NCBI GenBank assembly: GCA_964599085.1
Contig: CAZRFD010000013.1
Span: 2,369 to 66,368, forward strand
Reading direction: 5' to 3'
DNA length: 64,000 nt
DNA from: an uncultured Enterobacterales bacterium
Lineage (GTDB): Bacteria; Myxococcota_A; UBA796; UBA2385
Made by a program: the position numbers and the translations under genes. Position 1 is the stretch's first letter. Every line of letters starts with the position of its first letter. Under the pieces are notes generated by a model. The model saw only the letters and a list, made by a program, of their open reading frames with translations, made no database searches and was not told where the DNA came from. Below, in pieces: positions 38,379 through 45,231 of this stretch.

Positions 38379-39302
38379 TCAGCCGGCAGCCGCCCGGCGG
38401 TCTCGCCACGCCCACAACGCCGCCAGCGACAAGCCCGCCAGGATGTGCCAGATCCCCCACCAGGCGGCGACCACCGCCATGCCCCCCAGGCCGGCGAAGA
38501 AGGTGAAGACGATCACCAGGCCGAGCCCGCTGTTCTGGATGCCGACCTCGATCGACACCGCCCGCCGGTCGGCTTCCGGCAGGCGAGCGAGGGCGGCGGC
38601 GCCGTAGCCGGTGGCCAGGGCGGTGGCGTTCATGAGCGCGACCGGCAGGAAGACGGCACCGATGGCCACCAGGAAGTGATCGAAGTTCTTCTGGAAGGCG
38701 ATGAGCACGAAGGCCGCGAAGAACAGCAGCGAGCCCACCTTGAAGGGCCTGCGGAGGCGAGCGGCCACCGCCGGAAGGTGTTCGTTGAGGACCATGCCGA
38801 CGGTGACCGGCAGCACCAGCAGCAGGGCGAGGTTGCCCGCGAGTTGCACCGGGTCGAGGGCGAAGTCGCGCACCAGGCCGGCCGTCAGCTCCGAGCGAGT
38901 CCCCCAGAAGCCGAGGTTCAGCGGCGTCATCACCATGGCCGCCAGCGTGCTCACCGCCGTCATGCCCACGCTGACGCTGATCCTTCCGCCGGCGACGCTG
39001 GTGATGAAGTTGCTGACGTTGCCGCCCGGGCAGGCCGCCACCAGCATCATGCCGAGTGCCATGCTGGGGGTCGGCGCGAACCGGATGGCCAGCAGCCAGG
39101 TGAGCGCCGGCAGCAACAGGAACTGGCTGGCCAGGCCGATCAGTGGAGCCTTCGGGTCCCGCGCGAGCTGCCGGAAGTCGTCGACGCGCAGGTCCAGCGC
39201 CACGCCGAACATGACGAGGCCGAGCACGACGTTGAGGACGAACAGGCCGCGGGCATCGAAGGCGAGCTGGAGCTGGTCGATGGCGTCGGGTGAGACCTTC
39301 AC
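38379..39302 (-). CDS. bile acid:sodium symporter (BASS/SBF) family transporter
   Basis: The protein is polytopic. ...FGVALDLRVDDF...LLLPALTWLL...VAACPGGNVSNF... is typical of the SBF family. Confidence 0.85.
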   Translation of the reverse strand: MKVSPDAIDQLQLAFDARGLFVLNVVLGLVMFGVALDLRVDDFRQLARDPKAPLIGLASQFLLLPALTWLLAIRFAPTPSMALGMMLVAACPGGNVSNFITSVAGGRISVSVGMTAVSTLAAMVMTPLNLGFWGTRSELTAGLVRDFALDPVQLAGNLALLLVLPVTVGMVLNEHLPAVAARLRRPFKVGSLLFFAAFVLIAFQKNFDHFLVAIGAVFLPVALMNATALATGYGAAALARLPEADRRAVSIEVGIQNSGLGLVIVFTFFAGLGGMAVVAAWWGIWHILAGLSLAALWAWRDRRAAAG

Positions 39303-39397
39303 GCCGGCAGCCTACAGGTGGGCCACCGCGAACACCAGACCGCGGAACCGCGGGCCCGCCGGCCCCCGCAACGGGAAGAGCGGACAGCGGGGTGGTA

Positions 39398-40849
39398 CTA
39401 CACCGGCGCCTCGTGGCTGCTGGTCTTCAGCAGCTCCATCTGCAGGATGCTGGCCGCCCCCATGGCCAGGCGCTTCAGCTCCTGGCGGCTCTGGAGCTGG
39501 AGGAGCTGGCGCGCGACGAAGCGCGGCCGGAAGTAGAACTTGCGGTGGCAGGTCTTGATGAGCTCGAGCAGCTCTTCCTTGCTCAGGTGTTCTTCCCAGG
39601 CGACCGGCACGGTCTCTCCGCACAGGGGATCGCGCATCAGCTTGTCCCAGCAGTCCGCCGGGTACAGGCCGAGCTTTGCGCCCTCGTGGAAGGTCGGCGT
39701 GCCGGGGTAGGGCGTGTAGATGGCGAAGGCGGCGTAGTCGGCGTCGAGCTTCATCGCCTCGTCGAGGTTCTTGAGGACGTGCTGCGGCGTCTTCTCGTGG
39801 GGGCCGCCGATCATGATGTAGGCGACGGAGCGGACCCCCTCTTCCCGGCACCAGCGGAAGACGCGGTGGACGTCGTCGGTGTCGCAGTGCTTGTCGTGTT
39901 CGGCCAGGCCGTCGTTGCTCATCGACTCCACGCCGAAGTGCATCTTGGTGCAGCCGGCTTCCCGGCAGCGCCGGACCTGCTCCCGCGTCGTGCCAGCGAC
40001 GGTGGTCTTGTAGCCCCAGGAGAATTTCAGCCCCCGCTGCTCGATGCGGTCGCAGAAGCGCATCGCCCACTGGCTGTTGGGCGTGAACAGATCGTCGACG
40101 AAGAAGACCTCGGTGATGCCGAGCGAGATGCAGTGCTCGATCTCGTCGAGGATGTTGTCGATCTCCCGGATCCGGTACTGCTTGGTGTAGGTGAAGCAGA
40201 ACGGACAGGAGTGAGGGCAGCCGCGGCTGGTGATGGCGGTCGTGACCAGCGGCTGCTTGGCGCCGGGCACCCAGTAGTCCCGGTACCGGGTGCGGCTGCG
40301 GTCGGGCCAGATCTGCCAGTCCAGCGAGCGCGTCTCCTTGCGGGGTGGGTTCTTGACCACCTGACCGCTGCTGTCCTTGAACCAGGTGCCCGCGACGCCT
40401 TGCAGGCTGCGCCCCTGGTCCACCGCCTGCACCATCTCGAGGAAGGCATCGTCGCCATCACCGGTGCAGATGCTGTCCACCCCCTGCAGGCCGATGGCGT
40501 ACTCGGGGAACATGATGGGGTGCGGGCCCCCCAGCGAGATGTGGGCGTTCGGGTTGCGGGCCCGGACGGCGTTGATGGTCTTCTGGACGTCGGGGAGGCT
40601 GTGCGTGTAGGTGGAGATCCCCACGAAGTCGAGGTCGTACCGGGACAGCCCGGCCTGGAAGTCGTCGTGGTCCATGTCGTCGACGACGGCGTCGTAGACC
40701 TCTGCCCGGAACGGTGTACGCTGCTCGAGGCTGGCCTGGAGGTACATCAAGCCCAGCGGCGGGAAGCAGTACACGCCGTAGGCCATGGACTCGCTGATGC
40801 CCGCCCAGACGCGCAGCTTCTCGGGGGGGTTGATGAGGGTGACGCTCAT
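39398..40849 (-). CDS. B12-binding-domain radical SAM enzyme
   Basis: An N-terminal B12-binding-like Rossmann region (...DFVGISTYTHS...) is followed by the CxxxCxxC motif in SRGCPHSCPFCF. Confidence 0.85.
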   Translation of the reverse strand: MSVTLINPPEKLRVWAGISESMAYGVYCFPPLGLMYLQASLEQRTPFRAEVYDAVVDDMDHDDFQAGLSRYDLDFVGISTYTHSLPDVQKTINAVRARNPNAHISLGGPHPIMFPEYAIGLQGVDSICTGDGDDAFLEMVQAVDQGRSLQGVAGTWFKDSSGQVVKNPPRKETRSLDWQIWPDRSRTRYRDYWVPGAKQPLVTTAITSRGCPHSCPFCFTYTKQYRIREIDNILDEIEHCISLGITEVFFVDDLFTPNSQWAMRFCDRIEQRGLKFSWGYKTTVAGTTREQVRRCREAGCTKMHFGVESMSNDGLAEHDKHCDTDDVHRVFRWCREEGVRSVAYIMIGGPHEKTPQHVLKNLDEAMKLDADYAAFAIYTPYPGTPTFHEGAKLGLYPADCWDKLMRDPLCGETVPVAWEEHLSKEELLELIKTCHRKFYFRPRFVARQLLQLQSRQELKRLAMGAASILQMELLKTSSHEAPV

Positions 40850-40974
40850 GGGACAGCTCCTGCGGGCACCGGCGGCGCCTCGCTCCGAGCTTCTCTCTTA
40901 CCATGCGCGCCAGCGGCGGGAACCGCTGGTCCTGCGGCACCGCGCGGCCCCTCCCCGCGTTGCGACCGCGCCGC

Positions 40975-42648
40975 TCAGCGCCCGCCGCGCATCGTGGTCA
41001 GTGCGCGCCGCGCCCGCGCGGCGTCCGCCGTCGGCTCGGGCACCCGGTAGAGGACCAGCCCGCCCGACTCTGTCGCAGGGGGGCCCAGCAGCTCGCCGAG
41101 GACCGCCTGGAGCGTCGGCAGATCCTCCGCGCGGAACCAGTCGCGGTGCAGCACGACGCTGCCCACCCCCGCCGCCGCGAGGCGCCGGCTCGTGTCGGCC
41201 GGCGGCCCCTGGGGACGCATCAGCCGGGGCAGCAGCCACGTCGCCACGCGCACCCGGGGGCTGGCGACACTGGTGCCGATGCAGCGCTCGAGGACTGGCT
41301 GGCCGTGGGCGAGCTGGCGCGCACAGCTCTCGTTGCGGGCCCACATCTCGACGTCGGACTGTTCGGGCCAGGCGGCGAGGCCGTAGAGGTCGAGCACGGC
41401 CCCCTCTCCCTCGCCGAGGGACACCGGCGCTGCGATCTCACCCTGCCGTCCGGGCATGCCGGTGACCACGAACACGTCGAGCAGCGCCACCGAGAGCGCC
41501 GCCACACGGAACAGCCCGGTCGGCCGAGCCCGGTCCAGCAGCAGCGCCGCCGCGACCCCGCCGCACATGGCCGTGAGCCACGCGAAGCGCACCGGAAAGC
41601 GCAGCACCGCACCCAGCGGCGGCAGCCACAGGAAGGACAGCGGCGAGGGCATCCCCGCGTCGTCCAGCTCCAGGCGCCACACAGGCCCCAGCGCGAGCAG
41701 CAGGCCGACCGCTGCGAGGCCGAGCAGCCACCGCGCTCCCCTGGCCCGCCAGCCGAGCAGCAGCCCGGCCGCCACCAGGGCCCCCGTGGGGGCGCCCACG
41801 CTGTGGCCCACCACGTCGACGGTCGGGGTCCAGGTCAGCAGGCTGTCCAGCGAGGCCGAGCCGAGCCGCGCCAGATCGACGATGCGCCGCGGCGGCACGG
41901 TGTCGCCAGCACCCGCCCGATAGGTCAGGGCCAACCAGCCGGTCACCGGCAGGAGCACCACGAGCGCCGCACAGTGGTGCAGCACCGCGCGCCAGCCGGT
42001 CGTCAGGGCGCGCAGACCGAGCACGACGAGCACGACGACGGCGACGAGCCCGTGGTAGGCCGTCGTCAGCAGGGCGAGCGACGCCCCCAGGCCCGCCCAC
42101 AGCCCGTGCCGCAGCCGGCCGTCGGACCCGCTGGCCAGCCACGCTGCCCCGAGCACGAGCGGCAACCCCGGCTCGAGCACGTGCGGGACCTGCCCCTCCA
42201 GCGCAGCACTCGCCATCACGCCCGAGAAGCCGGTCGCCAGCCCGGCCACGAGCGACCAGGGCCGCGACACCCCGAAGCCCAGTGCAGCACAGCGCTCCGC
42301 GGCGAAGGCCGTCAGCGCCGGCCCCAGCCAGGCGACCAGCCCCACGATGGTGCTGGCCGACAACAGCGGCCGCAGCAGCCACGACAGGGCCAGGAAGACC
42401 CAGGAGTCCAGGCGGGCGAGGGTCTCGCCCTCCGGCCAGGCGCTGGTGGCGTGGAACAGGTCGGTGCCCACGCGCGGCGCCTGGTCGGCCAGCCACAGGG
42501 CGGGCAGCAGGTCGAAGTGACGCCCCGGCAGGCGGCCGGGATCCAACAGCACCGCCGGGTAGCTCCACGCAGCAGACACCAGGACGAAGCATCCCAGGAC
42601 GAGGAGATGCCCCCCCACGCGGCGCGCGGTCACGGGTGGGCTGCTCAC
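40975..42648 (-). CDS. polytopic membrane protein with a C-terminal soluble domain (GT-C/glycosyltransferase-39-like topology; function uncertain)
   Basis: I read about 12 hydrophobic segments followed by a roughly 150-aa soluble tail. GTG 42648 overlaps the upstream stop (GTGA), with GTG 42633 and 42618 as alternatives. Confidence 0.6.
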   Translation of the reverse strand: MSSPPVTARRVGGHLLVLGCFVLVSAAWSYPAVLLDPGRLPGRHFDLLPALWLADQAPRVGTDLFHATSAWPEGETLARLDSWVFLALSWLLRPLLSASTIVGLVAWLGPALTAFAAERCAALGFGVSRPWSLVAGLATGFSGVMASAALEGQVPHVLEPGLPLVLGAAWLASGSDGRLRHGLWAGLGASLALLTTAYHGLVAVVVLVVLGLRALTTGWRAVLHHCAALVVLLPVTGWLALTYRAGAGDTVPPRRIVDLARLGSASLDSLLTWTPTVDVVGHSVGAPTGALVAAGLLLGWRARGARWLLGLAAVGLLLALGPVWRLELDDAGMPSPLSFLWLPPLGAVLRFPVRFAWLTAMCGGVAAALLLDRARPTGLFRVAALSVALLDVFVVTGMPGRQGEIAAPVSLGEGEGAVLDLYGLAAWPEQSDVEMWARNESCARQLAHGQPVLERCIGTSVASPRVRVATWLLPRLMRPQGPPADTSRRLAAAGVGSVVLHRDWFRAEDLPTLQAVLGELLGPPATESGGLVLYRVPEPTADAARARRALTTMRGGR

Positions 42649-43280
42649 GGCTGCTCGCTGGCAACGGTGCCGCGGCCATGTCCCCCGCGCAGCGACAGCC
42701 CGAAGCTCACCAGCCCGGCCAGCAGCCACAGCCCGGCCAGCCCGCGCCGCCAGCCCTGTTCAGGTGGCGGCGGCGGCGGGTCCGGGGCAGCCGGCAGGCG
42801 CTCGATGCGGTCGTGCGCGCCCGCCCAGGACAGGGACACCAGGGCGTCGTCACCCGCGAGCACCTCGCCGCTCCACAGGGTCCGGTCCTCGTCGCGCAGC
42901 AGCAGGCGCCCCTCCGCCGGCACGCCCCGCAGCCGCACGGCGAACACCGCGAGCCCCATGTGCTCCAGCCGCCCCTCGACCGTCCCCATCCGCGCGGACA
43001 GCGGCGCGTCCCGGGGGGCGCCCCGCAGGACCACCGTGAGCGAGGGGCTCCCCTCCCCCACTTCTGGCAGGTCGAGCCCGAGCCAGGTCTCGTCGACCAC
43101 CGGCGGCGGCGCAGCGGCCTGCACCATGTCCGCCGCACCCGCGCCCGGAGCGGCCGCACCCGGATCGGCCGCGACCGGCGTCGAGGCAGCCAGGAGGGCC
43201 GTGCCGAGGAGAAGGGACACACGCTGCTCGGAGACGCGGAGTGGGCGGGAGGACAGCGCCAGGAGGATACCCCTGCGCAC
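42645..43280 (-). CDS. exported protein with a Pro-rich stalk and a C-terminal transmembrane anchor
   Basis: Start is GTG 43280. A signal-like segment ...VSLLLGTALLAASTPVAA is followed by ...PDPPPPPPEQGW... and then GLAGLWLLAGLVSFGLSL. Its 5' end lies inside direct-repeat copy A. Confidence 0.55.
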   Translation of the reverse strand: MRRGILLALSSRPLRVSEQRVSLLLGTALLAASTPVAADPGAAAPGAGAADMVQAAAPPPVVDETWLGLDLPEVGEGSPSLTVVLRGAPRDAPLSARMGTVEGRLEHMGLAVFAVRLRGVPAEGRLLLRDEDRTLWSGEVLAGDDALVSLSWAGAHDRIERLPAAPDPPPPPPEQGWRRGLAGLWLLAGLVSFGLSLRGGHGRGTVASEQP

Positions 43281-43345
43281 CCTCCTCCCCCTCCCCCCCG
43301 CCAGAGACGATGTCCGGACCGGTGCGCGATCTGCGCGAGGTCCTC
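43233..43345. repeat. direct repeat copy A (left flank of the protease cassette)
   Basis: 43233-43281 matches 47936-47984 at 46 of 49 nt. 43305-43336 is identical to 48030-48061 (32 nt). Confidence 0.9.
43310..43345 (+). pseudogene. orphan 5' fragment of the UbiD-family gene (ATG plus about 10 codons, MSGPVRDLRE...)
   Basis: It is identical to the true start of the 48035-49840 gene. Beyond codon 10 the frame runs antisense through the 43344-43832 gene. Confidence 0.6.
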
Positions 43346-43832
43346 ACCGAGGCCGGTTCGAACCGCCTCCGGCCTCGGGGCGCGCATCGGCTGCGGCAGC
43401 GCCTGCATCGAGCGATGCCCGGACCGCGCGGATCCGGTAGAGCTGGCGCACGGCCTGACGCGAGGCCGCGTAGCCCCGGCCTCCAAACAGCTCGCGGTTG
43501 TCGTCGTAGAACGCGCGCGCTTCGGCGTCACCGGGCGTCGCCATCGACAGGCGGCGCGCGATCTCGACGCCGATGTCCCCGACACCCGCATCCCGGAGCG
43601 CGCCCGCCCAGGCATCCGACCGGTCGACCAACGCCGCGACCAGCGCGGGCGACATGCCGGGCGCCAGAGCCGAGATCTGGAAGCGGCGCCGCTCCAGCGC
43701 CGGCCCGTGTGCTCGCGGCGAGCTGATCTCCTCCATCCCGGGATCCGGCCACCGTCGGACCGAGGTCAGGCGACCGCCGATCAGGACGGCGGCGACCACC
43801 ACCGCCACTACCGGGAGCGCTCTGGACGACAT
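43344..43832 (-). CDS. N-terminally anchored protein with a SurA_N/PpiD-like chaperone-type segment (tentative)
   Basis: ATG 43832 lies 4 nt after the upstream stop. The transmembrane segment is LPVVAVVVAAVLIGG. ...ATPGDAEARAFYDDNRELFGG... resembles the 'xxEvxxyYxxNxxxF' pattern of SurA N-terminal-type domains. The stop lies at the edge of repeat copy A. Confidence 0.5.
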   Translation of the reverse strand: MSSRALPVVAVVVAAVLIGGRLTSVRRWPDPGMEEISSPRAHGPALERRRFQISALAPGMSPALVAALVDRSDAWAGALRDAGVGDIGVEIARRLSMATPGDAEARAFYDDNRELFGGRGYAASRQAVRQLYRIRAVRASLDAGAAAADARPEAGGGSNRPR

Positions 43833-43836
43833 CGGG

Positions 43837-44454
43837 CTACCCCGCGCCGACGACGGACAGGGTCGCGGTGATCGTGTCGAATTCCACCACGGGGATGGTG
43901 ACGACGTTGTAGAGGCAGGCCTCCGCCGACCCGCCCCCATCCACCACCACACGCGACTCATCGACCATCAAGGTCGATCCCCCGAGGCTGACTTGATCGA
44001 CCCGGAGCGAGTCGTGCAGGCTTGGCGCATGCGGGATGAACGAGATCAGCGCGATCTCGCCGTCCAGCGACAGCGCCGGCGCGGGCGTCCCGAGGTACGC
44101 CTCAAACAACTTGTTGAACCGGGCGACGTCCGCGGCAGCGACCACGGCCAGCGTGCCGTCCGCGAATCCGTCCACGACCAGCGAGTCCGCTTCCACGCAG
44201 TCATCCACGTAGCTGGATCGCCCGTGTGCGATCTCCGTGAACGCGATCCCCGGATCCCCGGTCTCCTTGCCGCCACCGTCGGGGCTACCGCCGTCTCCGC
44301 CACCACCGTCCGCGACGCCACCGTCCGCGACGCCGCCGTCCGCGACGCCGCCGTCCGCGACGCCGCCGTCGCCGCCTCCACCGGGTTCACCGCACGACGT
44401 GCACAGGGCAGCGAAGACGCTCAGCATCAGGATCTTCGGTTGACCACGGGTCAT
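43837..44454 (-). CDS. lipoprotein, paralog 1 (Asp/Gly/Val/Ala-repeat linker plus C-terminal beta-rich domain)
   Basis: ATG 44454 is preceded by GAGGAGGA. The N-terminus reads MTRGQPKILMLSVFAALCTSCG, followed by (DGGVA)4. The C-terminal end ...CLYNVVTIPVVEFDTITATL is shared with paralog 2. Confidence 0.7.
   Translation of the reverse strand: MTRGQPKILMLSVFAALCTSCGEPGGGGDGGVADGGVADGGVADGGVADGGGGDGGSPDGGGKETGDPGIAFTEIAHGRSSYVDDCVEADSLVVDGFADGTLAVVAAADVARFNKLFEAYLGTPAPALSLDGEIALISFIPHAPSLHDSLRVDQVSLGGSTLMVDESRVVVDGGGSAEACLYNVVTIPVVEFDTITATLSVVGAG
44308..44367. repeat. 4 x 15-nt tandem repeat encoding (DGGVA)n in lipoprotein paralog 1
   Basis: The plus-strand unit gtccgcgacgcc[a/g]cc occurs four times. 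Related copies are present at about 45056-45115 in paralog 2. Confidence 0.85.
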
Positions 44455-44465
44455 GGCAGTCCTCC

Positions 44466-44588
44466 TCACTGGATGCCGGTCAACGGCGTGTGGGCCCGGC
44501 CCCCGTCACCGGACTGCCCAGTGGCCGCAAGCGGGCGCCGCACATCCGTCGGCACGTCGACCACTACCGGCAGCAATCCGGACGACAT
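44466..44588 (-). pseudogene. 40-codon chimeric junction ORF created by the tandem duplication
   Basis: The product is MSSGLLPVVVDVPTDVRRPLAATGQSGDGGRAHTPLTGIQ. Its 5' end copies the start of the 43344-43832 gene (MSSRALPVV...) and its 3' end copies the last codons and stop of the S8 gene (...TGIQ*). Confidence 0.55.
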
Positions 44589-44593
44589 CGGGT

Positions 44594-45220
44594 CTACCCC
44601 GCCCCGGCGACGGTCAGCGTCGCGGTTATCGTGTCGAATTCCACCACGGGGATGGTGACGACGTTGTAGAGGCAGGCAGGCTCATCGCCGCCGTCCGCAT
44701 CGACCCGTGTCTCATCCACGACGAGCGCTGTCCCAGCGAGATCCACGCGGTCGACACGCAGGGTCTCGTTCAGCGTGGGACAGAGGGGCAGGTAGGAGAT
44801 CAGCGCGATCTCAGACTTGAGATCAACGGCGGGCGGGGCCACCGGGATGTTGTCTGAGAACAGCGAGATGAACTCTGCGTCCGAATAGGCAGCGAGCACG
44901 ACGAGATCTTCCTCCGCGCAGGCGACGGTGTCCGACTTCGTTGGCCCGCAGGTCACAGATGGGATCAGATCGTTGACCACCTCGACAAACGCGATCCCCG
45001 GATCCCCCGTCTCCTTGCCGCCACCGTCGGGGCTACCGCCGTCTCCGCCACCACCGTCCGCGACGCCGCCGTCCGCGACGCCGCCGTCTCCGCCACCACC
45101 GTCCGCGACGCCGCCGTCGCCGCCTCCACCACCGCCGTCGGCTTCATCGGGCTCGCCGCAGGCGGTGCACAGGGCAGCGAAGACGCTCAGCATCAGGATC
45201 TTCGGTTGAACACGGGTCAT
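44594..45220 (-). CDS. lipoprotein, paralog 2
   Basis: ATG 45220 is preceded by the same GAGGAGGA ribosome-binding site, 12 nt after the S8 stop. The N-terminus reads MTRVQPKILMLSVFAALCTACG. The ends are near-identical to paralog 1 and the central third has diverged. Confidence 0.7.
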   Translation of the reverse strand: MTRVQPKILMLSVFAALCTACGEPDEADGGGGGGDGGVADGGGGDGGVADGGVADGGGGDGGSPDGGGKETGDPGIAFVEVVNDLIPSVTCGPTKSDTVACAEEDLVVLAAYSDAEFISLFSDNIPVAPPAVDLKSEIALISYLPLCPTLNETLRVDRVDLAGTALVVDETRVDADGGDEPACLYNVVTIPVVEFDTITATLTVAGAG

Positions 45221-45231
45221 GGCCGTCCTCC

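Noticed and set aside
40850-40974. A possible cobalamin riboswitch upstream of the B12-binding radical SAM gene.
   Set aside because: The spacer is only 125 nt. I could not find a B12-box or the conserved core motifs. Only a short hairpin (ccagcgg/ccgctgg) is present.
43241-43726. A 161-aa plus-strand ORF starting with the ubiD-like MSGPVRDLRE.
   Set aside because: Only the first 10 or so codons are ubiD-derived. The rest is Arg/Pro-rich antisense of the 43344-43832 gene. I interpret it as a dead 5' fragment.
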